Shown one piece after another: positions 51,599 to 64,000 of a DNA stretch of 64,000 nucleotides. The translations under genes were made by a program, and so were the position numbers. The notes below the pieces were generated by a model that was given only the letters and a program-made list of their open reading frames with translations, did not search any database and was not told the origin of the DNA. Position 1 is the stretch's first letter. Every line of letters begins with the position of its first letter. The stretch is from Octopus sinensis (taxonomy: Eukaryota): NCBI RefSeq assembly GCF_006345805.1, contig NC_043008.1:15562001-15626000 (forward strand). Direction: 5' to 3'.

Positions 51599-52492
51599 GT
51601 TGGATTTCACGACATACATATAATATGTATATATTTATAAATGTTAAAGATGTAGAGATAAACAGACAGAGACAAGTAATGTGAGCTGGGCTTAATACTA
51701 TATGACGTCTAACAGGAGAAGAAAATATGGCTTTGTATGTCCTTGTAATCAGAATGTCGATCTCTATATTATGGGTTTTATTTTCTCACTTAAACACTTC
51801 AGAAGGAGAACCATCATCTTCGCTGCTAACACCAACCTGATAGCCCCTTTCCTGAACGCGAAATTTGAATGTACATAACACACGAGTTCCACACACAGAA
51901 GAAATATGTCCCATTGACGAACTATCTCAGCACATGCATACGAACGTCGGATACACACAAAATGTAATATAAGATACTGGAAAACAATTTACCATGCAAC
52001 ATGACTGTTTGCTCAAAATTCAAATCCAGGGGCGATATCAACCGAAAATATGTCATCCAAGAGTAGTTGTCCTTGATTCATTGTTTTCTTTACGAGAATC
52101 TCCTGTGCCGCTGGATGGTGAATGTGTACAGTTGGTAACTAAGTGCCTTTACGTATATTTACTTTTTTATTAACATAGCCCCACGCTAATAAATATATGA
52201 GACTCAACAAAGAGAGATTATACAGCCTATCCAAATTATTTGTTGACCATATCAATTAACGATACAGAAAATATTTCATGATGCAAATATATTATAGCAT
52301 TCTACGGTTAAGAAGGAAATTAATGGATGCCAAACAAAACATAATACAACTATAAGGAAATAGGAATAATTATTATGGAAAAAGTCAAATCTAGGTCAAA
52401 GATATTTTTCCCATTTACACAAACATGTATAGCTCTTTCACTCTCTCTCCCTCTCTCTCACACTATCTGTGTGCGTGTTTATATGCATACAT

Positions 52493-52523
<31 letters not shown>

Positions 52524-53116
52524 ATATATATATATATATATATATACTTCGCTTCTTTGCGCCACATGGGCTCAGCACTCCTTCTTCATGTAACCTCCTC
52601 TCCTCGCCTCTCTCCTCATCACACCTACTTCCTCCGCCCACCTCCCCACTCTTGTTCCGACTCCTATTCTCTTAACCCTTGCTCTCCGTCTCTCTTCTCG
52701 CTGCATAAAGAACAAATTCGTTTCCCTTCATACAGGCAGATAGCACTGAGCGGAAATAAAACACCGAATTTTCATATCCTCCCGTTATACCAATGCAAAG
52801 ATTCAATCTCAGTACAAGAACGCTTAAACAAGGGAAACCTGTTCATACAAAAGTACAAACCACACCTCAATACACAAATTTGACCATTTTAAAAATTATA
52901 CTAAGGAGCCATGTGTCGCCCATGCCACCTGTTGCTTCCCTTGGTTCACTCTCTAGACTCATTCTTATTTTTCAAACATCCAAAATGACGAAATCCCTCT
53001 GTCACGAGAATTGATTACTCTACAATGCCCCTTGAAAAGCTAATTCAAATAACGAAAACTGGTTGGATTTCACGACATACATATAATATGTATATATTTA
53101 TAAATGTTAAAGATGT
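51599..53116. repeat. 55-bp perfect direct repeat (51599-51653 and 53062-53116)
   Basis: GTTGGATTTCACGACATAC...AATGTTAAAGATGT occurs twice, 1463 bp apart. Confidence 0.93.
52704..53064 (+). pseudogene. Penelope-like element 3' fragment (GIY-YIG endonuclease C-terminus plus pseudo-LTR start)
   Basis: HKEQIRFPSYRQIALS...ERLNKGNLFIQKYKPHLN* resembles PLE endonuclease C-termini (HxQQI and terminal FIxKYKPxLN pattern, from memory). An HHR-like motif follows at 53028-53064. Confidence 0.7.
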
Positions 53117-53343
53117 TAAGCTATATGAAACGAAGGCATTTCTCTTCCAATTTTATATATTTTTTCCACATATTTTCAACTCATAATTTTGCCACGTGTT
53201 GTATACGGAATATTCAGTACCTCTGCTCCTTGTATATTTATATATATATATATATATTTATATAGATAAATGAATAAAAAATATATATAATATATGTGTG
53301 TGTATTGATATTGATATATAAATGTATGTATGTATATATATAT

Positions 53344-53420
<77 letters not shown>

Positions 53421-53981
53421 GACTATTATTGTGGAAGCAGGGTAGTACTCTGAACAATAATGTCATTTATCAATATACAAATGCTGTAAAGATATCGACG
53501 GAACGTGGAGTCTAACACAGAGAGACACTATCGAAGTGTTCCATTAAATGCAGGTAACTTTCTGTAAAAAAACGTACAATGAGGTGTTTTAAAGCTTAGA
53601 TTAATATAAAGCGAAGAACGCTGAAAGCGTATTTTAATTCCCTTGCTCATAAGCTTATAATAAACAGGAAAATAAGAAGCACTTAGCAGGATGAAACTGG
53701 ACTGCAGATGTAAAAAGAATATAAGGGATAAATAATATATTGTGAGATTATTAGAATGTGTAAATAAGATAAGAACGACATTAAGTTTAAAGAAATAAAC
53801 TGCTTTGGGATTTTCAGTCTCACATACGTGGTTCGACGACTCCCACAAATAGAAATTTTATTTTAGTAAATACGTATCAATAGAAGGTAGGAAGAGCCGA
53901 TTTAGCGTGTCCAGTGAGAAAGTTATCGATGAAAACAAAATATATCAAAAGATGTTTCGTGCATGAAATTTTTACGAATTG

Positions 53982-54043
<62 letters not shown>

Positions 54044-54658
54044 ATGAGGGTAAAATGATAATTCATTAACTTACACGAAATGCAGTTTATTATGAATGTA
54101 TGCAAATAAAGAATGTTTTTGCATGCGAAACTGAATTCGTATTATCTAGGTGAGGGACGAAAATTTTGAAGTACAAATGATTCAGAAAAAAAGAAGAACA
54201 ATATCAAAATATTGATTGTGATGGAGTAAGCATGGTCATTACTATGCCAAAAATAAATGCTTAAATCGGTGACAGCATATTTAGACTCAGAAATTAGGTA
54301 ATATTAACCAATTAAAGAATCACATGTAATGAGATATAGCGATCATTGACTTAACGTTAAATTCTGATAAAGAAACTGATAGATATAACCCTTTTTTTAA
54401 AAATAAATACTTAATAATTATTAAATATTAATAAACTGAGTACATCTGACCGTGATTTGGCAATGATATCGAGCTTTATTAACCCTCTTCTGCGATGTAT
54501 AACATTTGTTGACACCGTTAGAAAATAAGAACTATAGGGATATATTTTGGGATAAGTGAATCTCATGGAAAACAAATAAAATTTAATAATTCAGATCTAA
54601 CATATTTGCTGGGTGTAGAAATTTTAAGGGAATAAAAAAAATGAATACTAATATAAGC

Positions 54659-54982
54659 AGGCGTGGCTGAGTGGTAAGCAGTTTGCTTGCCAACTACATA
54701 GTTTCGGATTTAGTCAAATGCGTGCACCCTGGGCAAGTGTCTTCTACTGTATCCTCGGGCCGACTAAAGCCTTGTTAGTGGATTTGGCAGACTAACCACA
54801 TTTGAATCGTTGTCGATTTTCTTCCTCCGTCTTCTCTTTTATTGGACTTTCCGCTGTTTCCGAAGAAGAGCGTCTGCTTGAAACGTTAAACCATCTTTCT
54901 TTCCGTTCCTGAATGTCTGCTAATACATTGCATGTTCCACGTCCTCGCGTTGTTACTTTTTGTGTTTATTCTTTTTGGAATT

Positions 54983-55033
<51 letters not shown>

Positions 55034-55208
55034 TGTGTGTGTCTGTGTGTGTGTATGTGTGTGTGTGTGCGTGTGTTCTGTATATGTGTGAATGTGTGTG
55101 TCTTTGCGTCTGTGCTTGTTTCCTACGACCGTTTGACAACCACTGCGTGTGTTTACATCCCGTAACTTTGCGGTTCGCTAAAATGAAACTGTAGAATAAG
55201 TGCCGGGC
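54659..55208 (+). mobile_element. Family A SINE split by an HHR-bearing insertion (~54796-54985)
   Basis: Head at 54659-54795 and 3' half resuming at ~55070; the insert aligns with 32130-32310. Confidence 0.75.
54856..54891 (+). ncRNA. Minimal hammerhead-like motif (C4 variant)
   Basis: GTTT-CCGAAGA-A-GAGC-GTCT-GCTT-GAAAC-GTT-AAAC. Confidence 0.5.
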
Positions 55209-57470
55209 TTTAAAAAGTAAAGCTTTAGTCTAAACACTAAAACTAGTAAAAAGTCAAAAAGTAAGTGGTATTGGTAATAAGGACCTACGACATATTGTAT
55301 TTTAATGATTTGGAGATACGGGATACAGCAGAGTGATCTCTTATTCAGTTGGGTACACAGGAGCCTGAAAGGAAGTGCCCGTAGCGGTACAAGAACCGAA
55401 CCTACTACATGATCAATATGACTCGAACACCATGAGGACAAACTGCGTCTGCAATATAAGCGGCCTAAGAATGGAACGGCATATATTTATAAGAAAAGTC
55501 ATATATTGATTCACAAAACGAGCCAAGTCATTCTTGATAATGTTAGATAAAGGAGAAATATGTGAGAGTTTGGCTAGACGAACATTTACAAATACTCAGT
55601 AATCGATGAACTAGAATACAACACACACAAAGGAGAAATTTAGGAGGGAATATTATAGACGCATTAGATTAATACCTATTACAGTTCTAAATGCAAACAC
55701 ACGAACATAGTAATAGCTATCAATACTCGGTTCTTTAATAAGTTTTAGGTGTATTATTCTGAACTGGACGCTAAATGAATTCGCAAGATGAGACAAAAAA
55801 AAAAACAACAACCAAAACATTAAGAATACATCATTGAATATATGACAGAATGATTATATTCAATTCGAATACTGGGAGGGAGAAGAGTAACGTGTCTAGA
55901 AATCTATAAATATCAAAACATGTCTCGTGGAGAACAAGTAACATTAAAGCAAGTAGCTACATAGAAAACAAAACAGGTATTTTTGAAGGAAGCAGAAAAC
56001 AAAAATAAAAACAATGGAAATGAATATAAAAATCAAGGTCAATGTGATATACACGTATGGAAAGACACAAGAAATAACACAAAAGTGCAACTCTAAAAAC
56101 TAAGCAGGAAATAGGTGACGGAATTCTAAAATGCTAAAACGAATCGAAAAACGTCGTATAATTATTAGAATGTTAAAAGAAGGCAATAAAATTGGTATGT
56201 GTGATATGTAGCAAATCTAACGTGTAGAAGTATATGATCTTTCAATCATCGTTAACTGGCACTATTGGTAAATACTATACTACTTTGAAGAGGGCTAATA
56301 AAACTGAAAATGTCACTGTAGTGTCAGAATCAAAATTACCCAACAAATTGAGTGGAATATCCTATTTCTAATTAAATTAATATTAATTAAAAGATCATAG
56401 GTGTTGCTCTCACTTTCTCCAGAATTCATCTTCAAGTTTATGATAAAACTCCACCTGATTTAGAATGCAGCGCAGGACTCATGTTTGGGGTTCAATGAAT
56501 TACGGTTCCAGTACAGAATAAAAAACTATTCATCGGTGAACGTCAAAAACACGTATTGAAACAGAACACATTAATTATTTCAAATTAAGTAAGAATTTGA
56601 AGAAACAGTTATATGTTTTTAAGCTTTAATGACTGTAGGGGCACGACTTTTCTTTATGCAACCATGATAAATGATTTTATGAATTCATACAGTCTACCAC
56701 AATGTTAACAGTACTCTTAAGTCACGTGTTAAGGTCGTTTCTACAGATTATAGTCAGCAATGTATTTGTTACTACGTTTCGTATCCGAGACGCCAGATAT
56801 AAACAATGTGAATGAGGATGCAAAAATGGGAAATGAATGTATATACCATATTTTGGGAGATTTTCTCCCTCATCGGCGCACATCTAACTCATTAATCATC
56901 CACGAACACATTGCTTAAAAAGCCACTAAATATAGCGGTATAACGTTATTGAGCATACCAATTTATATATGAAACATATTCCTAGAGTCTGGTACGTAAA
57001 TAACAAAATTACTTGTAGGTACACGGCATTTTGTCATGCATTTTAATATACTACAAAGTATATCGAACAAATTTATATGTCAATACCGTGTGTAATTCTT
57101 AAGTCACGAGTATAGGTTTTCCATAGAAAATAATGCCAGCACAAGTTTACGATGTTTCGTATACTGAATACATCTAGGTAAACAATCCGATCGAAGATAG
57201 AAAAAATATTGTAAAATACCTATTTTTTTCTGTTGTACCTATTTGAAGCATATATAAATGTTAAACACGTGTATGTGTATTCTGTAGATAAATATGTCAT
57301 GTAAAATGACGGCTTGTGAGGCAATACAATACATACATAAAAATACATATATACATACATACACCCACACATGTATACCGGGTGCATATAGTATTTGAGG
57401 ACATACATTTTTTAGGTCATTGCTCTATTTTTTTGTTAACTCTGTATAAACTTTGTTTCAGGAAATAATA

Positions 57471-57796
57471 ATGGCAGACCTCAGCTTACTCAAGAAACGA
57501 AGAGGTGTACTGTTATGGTGAGTATACAGGCTGAGAATAAAGATTTGGAAATATCACGATTTTTAAAAGTTGCCAGATCCTTCATCCGTAAAGTTTGTAA
57601 GGACCTAGAGACTGCAGGTAGAAACGTATCACAATTATCAAAGCATAAAAAGCATTCCAAATGCTCTGAAATCATTAGAACACCTGAATTTATCCAGCAA
57701 GTTCAACAGACCATTGACTTCAAAGTCAGATGTCCATGAGATCAATTGCAAAAGTTCTCCATGTGCCAGAGGAGACAGTCAGAAATGATGTAGAAG
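57471..57796 (+). pseudogene. Tc1/mariner-superfamily transposase N-terminal (HTH) fragment
   Basis: LEISRFLKVARSFIRKV...IRTPEFIQQVQQTID, then a frameshift, then SMRSIAKVLHVPEETVRN. No DDD/E region seen. Confidence 0.8.
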
Positions 57797-58904
57797 AAAG
57801 GAAAGGCAAGCATTTTATCAAACTTCCCTCGTTTTTACGTCACTTAAAATCTGCAAGTCTGTCCCTGTATTTCATTCCACTTACAGGAAACACTCACTGT
57901 GCTTATAATTTATATTACACTTATTTACATAATTTTAAATTTCCAAGTTGTTCAGTCGCGTGCCAGTGAATCTCATTTCGTAGATGAAATCTCTATTTTG
58001 TACACTGATTTCTCTCAATAACCTTTCTTCTTCATTTTTCCATTTCTCGGTAACGATTAACCACCCTACTTCAGGCTTCATTTATTTCCAGCCTTGTTGC
58101 AATAAAATATCTTTTCTCATATTACCACTATACAAACTTAATGTTTGCTATGAACAGCTGTTCAATTCAACTCTAACTCAATTTATAATTATCTAGATAA
58201 ATATATCCTTACGATGTATATTCTCAATAGTGTTTTGTTTTCTTAATGGCAGGATATTGCAATGTGATAAGTTTGTTAATATGGTATATAATTAATTTCA
58301 CTTTTATTGAACACTAATGAATATGTCATTATCTAAAATAACATTTAGAAACCAAAATCTAAATTTTGATATTAATCGCCACTGGATGGTCAGTTATGTT
58401 GTAGGAGAGTAAGTACATTCGGAAGTGTAATATGCGGCCTTCTTCCTAGTTTGCACTGGCTAGTTATTTTTCGATATATTCAATGTTCAAATTCTGTCGT
58501 CGCAGTGGCTGCGTCTATGTATCGGATCAATAAAACTATGAAACATAGCAATATATTAAATCGATAAAATCGACAGTTTCTTCAAAATACGCCAAGGGTA
58601 TCATAATTTTGATGACAGGAATTTAAAAATACTGAAGAAGACCTGGCTGATGCTACCATGAAATTATTTAACTGCACTGAAAAATAAAATTCCGGCCCAT
58701 TTACGGTACGCAACCCGTTCATCTATCATACATTTATAACATAACATACTGACTAACTACCATGTAAAATAGGCCCACGTGACTCAGGAAACAATAAACT
58801 CTTACCACAGACAATTTAAAACTGAAATAAACTATCGTGTACCACAGCCCAATGATGATTAGCAGGCCCTCTTCTACTCTCAACTGTGGTCACCGCACAG
58901 TGTA

Positions 58905-59372
58905 AAATCAACGGCTGACTTTGAAGCGATCCAGCGAAGCTTCACAAAGACGATAGTCTCATTGCAACAGCTCTGCTGCTGGAAAAGGCTAGAACAGCTA
59001 AGACTCTATTCCCTGGAGCGAAGGCAGGAGAGATATGCAGTAATATACATTTGGAAGATCCTAGAAGGGGACTGTAACAAATTTTGGAATTGAAAGCTAC
59101 ACAAATACGAAAACAAGTCACCATTGCACAGTGCGAAAGATACGAACAATGCAGTCACGCTTCAGGACCAGTTACTGTAAGATTCTGAATTTTAAAGGAC
59201 CACAGCTTTTTAGGATTCTCCCAAAGAGCCTGATAGATCTACTCAAAGTGGATGTATGTGTTTTCAAAACAAAACAAATCTGTCGTGAATCCCAGATGAA
59301 CCTACCTCGCAGCAGGGGGCGCAAATAAGGGCAGTGACGTCAAACTCTCTTACGCACCAACTGTTACGTCAC
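58905..59372 (+). pseudogene. CR1/Jockey-group LINE C-terminal remnant
   Basis: EAIQRSFTK, LRLYSLERRQERYAVIYIWKILEG, FKGPQLFRILPK. Confidence 0.85.
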
Positions 59373-59458
59373 ATATCCCAGGAGGCTCTCAATATTAACA
59401 ATGTAGCAAAACGGCTGTACTCCAGCATGACCACAGCTTTGAGGTAAAAATCAAGTAA

Positions 59459-59501
<43 letters not shown>

Positions 59502-60721
59502 ATACATATATATATATACACACATATATGTACATGTGTGTATATATATATATATATATGTATACATATACACACACTGATATACATATATGTAGTATAT
59601 ATTATATCTTGTGGAGACAGCTGTGCAACAGCTGGTGAATTTATTGCTCTGCGTAGACTATCATTACCCTGTCGACCTCTATCATGGCGGTGTATTAGTA
59701 GCATCATTGTTTATAATATAGAGAGCAAATAGAAGAAAGATTATGGTAAACAGAAATTTATATTATTTGTTCTTTATATACGTTACAATGTACGTTACAA
59801 GCAAATAATATAACTACATCTTATGTGTGTATATCTGAAAGTAAAGACAATTCTCCATTAGTGAGATATAAAAGCAAAATGAACGTTAACTGGACTTTAA
59901 ACATAGCGATCGCTAGTCTGTCCTGATAAGCTAACAATAACGTATCTATCTAACTTTTATTTAGTCCGTCTTGTTTAAAGAACGGAACTGGATTGCTGCA
60001 AGAAAATACCACTGTCTTATTAGGTAAATAAATAAATCTATTTAACCAACGCTTCTCTATATATCATTAAATATTCGACGTAGTCTTTAGAGGCCTTTTT
60101 ACTTGTTCGCTTCTTTGATGTTTAGATTAAATGACATAAACTCTGCCGCCGCACGTTTTCATCGGAAAAGAAGTAAATGGAACAATGCAATATAGAAGCT
60201 ACAGTACTTCCATTGTGTACTGGATAATCCACGAGGAAAAATCAATATTTACTTTAAACATATAGCATAATGGCGAGTCTTAAAACGAGGTTATATAGAC
60301 ATTACTCAAGTACACATCTTTCACTGCCTAAATTGCTATAAAACAATGGAAGCAATATTAATACTTGAAAGTTCTTTGTTAATATCCAATAGATTTGTGT
60401 GTAAATTATTGACAACATGAATGGAAACAATTTAGCATTTTTTTAGGTCACAAGACATCATATTATGTGGTTGATTCGTATCTTTGATTACTGTATAAGT
60501 ATAGGGAACCAGAAATAAGACCTGTTACATTTCCTGGTAGTTATGACACTCAAAATTCATTATTGTATTATTTTGTTGTCTTACTGAATTCAGCCATTAT
60601 ACACACACCATGATGTTGTAAATATAGGAGACTATTGTCCACTGCGCAGGTCCTAACCACGGTACATAATTTGAACAAGGAACGACATGAATAGGCCTAA
60701 ATACTGAGCTATTCTGCGTCC

Positions 60722-60806
<85 letters not shown>

Positions 60807-60864
60807 TTTCTGACTGCCTGCCTGTCTGTCTATCTATCTATCTATCTAACTATCTATCTATCTA

Positions 60865-60897
<33 letters not shown>

Positions 60898-62042
60898 CTG
60901 TCTGTCTGTATGTATATCGATCAATCGATCTATCTATTTATCTATATATAAAGAAGTACACATACGCAAACACGTACAGACACACACACGCACTCTCACA
61001 CAGACAAATGTATACACACACACACACAAATGTACCAATCCCTCTATACATACATAAACACAAGGACATACTTAATGACTGACCTATTATGTGCTGCAAA
61101 TATAGCCCACGTGGTATATGACTCAAAAAGGTATGTGTGTGTGTCTGTGTGTGTGTGAGAAGTAAAATCAGATTTCATATTTCCTTGCTAAAGAACGGAC
61201 TTAGAAGATGCGTGACATAATTACTCTATTAAAGAAAACAAAGGAAATGGATACTAGGATATCCGCTACGGTGGTCACCTAATTCATTACTCTAAAAGCA
61301 TGAGATCTATTATACCGAATGGGTAGGGATTTCGATTACGTCCTCTCTGAGGAGTGGTGAAAAAAGTGTGAAATAGTCGCTGTACGGAGACTCCCTATAA
61401 CATTTTCCAGCAATTCAGTAGCACAGGAATATTGTTTTTACTTTCTTATTCTTCTTTGTATTACAGTGAAGCTTGGAAATATTTAAATTTATTTCAGATA
61501 ATTCTCATTTACATAGTGTTGTTCTTGAATAGATATTATTCCTCTATGTCTAATTTGATTGATATGCATATTACTTTTATCTAATTAGATACACTAGTGG
61601 AACATTCCTAATCTCATATCATGAATATATTAGTATAATGGATAGCTACTTAAGAATAACATTGATATTGAATAAATAATTTTTTCTAGATTATTTAAAC
61701 ATTTTAATTCATTGACAATCTTCATTTATGGAAAGTGAATTAATATATATAACAATGAATATATAAGGGTGATTTAATATACAATGAGGACTATATAATG
61801 ATGATTCCACTATTGTGTGGTATTTTTCCAGATTTAAAATTCAATATATCTATCATACAGGCGTTAAAACTATATTATGACTAATTTATTGAGAAATAAT
61901 GTTAGATTACATCGGATAGAGAAAATATACTCATATATATATGTATATATATATATATTATATATCTATATCTATATATATATATGTATACACGCCTATA
62001 TATATATGTATATATATATATATATATATACACGCCTATATA

Positions 62043-62189
<147 letters not shown>

Positions 62190-62466
62190 CAGATTAAAGG
62201 CAAGCTTTAGATAAAAACAGTTTTACAAGACATACATACTTAAAAACAATCCGCCATAATAATGCAAAACATAGGCCGGAAAATTGAAGAAGTAGCTATA
62301 ACTCATTATAGAGGAACTAGAGGCATTTTGAAAATGTAGTTTTCAAATATAATTGTAAATATAGGAAATATCATAATTGGATAGTCGAAAAGAGCACGGA
62401 AACTGTTTACCGAAAAATACATTCTCATCTCTTTAGCTTCACTAACTAGAAGGTTCTCGGTGCGCA

Positions 62467-62553
62467 GATGATGATGATGATGATGATGACGATGACGATG
62501 ATGATGATGATGATGATGATGATGATAATGATGATGATGAAGATGATGATGAC

Positions 62554-62596
<43 letters not shown>

Positions 62597-62872
62597 ATGA
62601 CGATGATGATGATGATGATGACGATGATGATGATGACGATGATGATGATGCGATGATGATGATGATGATGATGATGACGTCGACGACGACGATGATGATG
62701 ATGACGATGACGATGATGATGATGACGATGATGATGATGATGATGATGATGACGACGACGATGATGATGATGATGATGACAACTACGACGATGATGATGA
62801 CGACGATGATGATGATGATGACGACGATGATGATGATGACGATGATGATGATGAATGATGATGATGATGAAC
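62467..62872. repeat. (GAT/GAC)n microsatellite, ~400 bp
   Basis: Direct reading; source of the poly-S/H/M/I ORFs. Confidence 0.97.
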
Positions 62873-63477
62873 AGGGTAACGACGGCAACGCTGACAACGA
62901 AGACAATATAATGATGGAGCTTCTGAGTGATAGCATGAGCTAATAAGATGCATAATTATTAGTAGTTTTCGTTCAAAATACGTTCAAACAGTTAAAATAA
63001 GCGTTCAATAAAGCATCGAGTACAACTACCTAAACATAATCTATATTGGAGTTCAACAATGTTTTTTTCAGAAATTAATAACATACAGTCAAGCTAAATA
63101 TCCGGAGATCAGCCACTTGCCATGACAAGGAACCTCAGCATCATATCAAGTGGGTTCAGAAATGATATCAATAAATACGTTTTTAATCATGTAATTTTTT
63201 TTTTATGAAGTCTACGCGTGGGATGCTGGGAGGAAACTTCTCGATGCTCCGTATAATGAGTAAAAATGGGAATGGGAATATAATAGAGATGTACAGATGT
63301 CAGTTAGGAATGAGTCATTTACTATTTACCGTTTATAATTAATTGAAAGCTTCATACAAATTACAAACATATATATCATCATTAAATATCCTGTAATCCA
63401 TAGAATTAGTTCTGTCTACTTATCGTAAAAAAAAAAAAAATACGAATCAAAGATATCAATGAATTGGTAGGCTGCTA

Positions 63478-64000
63478 GGCGGCGAGCTGGCAGAAACGTA
63501 AGCACGCTGGGCGAAATGCGTAGCCGTATTTTGTCTGCCGTTACGTTCTGAGTTCAAATTCCGCCGAGGTCGACTTTGCTTTCATCCTTTCGGGGTCGAT
63601 AAATTAAGTACCAGTTAAGCACTGGGGTCGCTCTAATCGACTTAATCCGTTTGTCTGTCCTTGTTTGTCCTATCTGTGTTCTAGCCCCTTGTGGGCAGTA
63701 AAAAAATAGGTATTTCATCTGCCGCTACGTTCTGAGTTCAAATTCCGCCGAGATAGACTTTGCCTTTCATCCTTTCGGGGTCGATAAATTAAGTACCAGT
63801 TACGCACTGGGGTCGATCTAATCGACTAAATCCCTTTGTCTGTCCTTCATTGTCCCATCTATGTTTAGCCCCAAGTAGGTAATAAAGAAATAAGAAACGT
63901 TAGCACGGCCGGGCGCTATGTTTTGAGTTCAAATTCCGCCGTGGTCGACTTTGCCTTTCATCATTTCGAGGTCGATAAATGAAGTACCAGTTACGCACTG
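63478..64000 (+). mobile_element. Family D SINE with tandem 184-bp bodies, runs off the right edge
   Basis: GTATT at 63526 and 63710; a partial head restarts at ~63895. Confidence 0.9.

Noticed and set aside
58808-58823. 16-nt minus-strand segment with good splice sites
   Set aside because: No supporting partner exons; such pairs arise by chance.
61347-61362. CTGAGGA-GTGGT-GAAA
   Set aside because: No stems can form.
62306-62943. Poly-Ser/His/Met/Ile ORFs
   Set aside because: Frames of the (GAT/GAC)n microsatellite with no flanking coding signal.

Overview
AT-rich, microsatellite-dense eukaryotic non-coding DNA. The SINE and LINE families and the (TA)n/(ATCT)n load point to a cephalopod, most likely Octopus (inference). 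No intact protein-coding gene is recognisable, and nearly all ORFs in the track are microsatellite or repeat artefacts. Recognisable parts: about 25 tRNA-derived SINE copies in four families, three non-autonomous Helitron-type elements, RTE and CR1/Jockey-type RT fragments, a Tc1/mariner transposase fragment, a TA-flanked MITE, and a Penelope-like (PLE) GIY-YIG C-terminal fragment. Main observation: the window opens inside a ~558-bp tandem array (1-2140) that flips into an inverted block (2141-2770). Every unit carries a type I hammerhead ribozyme (HHR) motif with an intact CUGAUGA/GAAA core and a palindromic ACGUACGU stem III, which is the layout expected of a retrozyme-like or PLE pseudo-LTR array. 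About 20 HHR-like motifs from at least 8 unrelated repeat families occur across the window. They show covarying stems, palindromic stem III sequences and recurrent core variants (CCGANGA, UUGAAAA). Other notable items are a 227-bp duplication flanking a SINE, several fold-back palindromes and a few unproven splice-site-bounded exon candidates. All structures were folded by eye and no database search was run.
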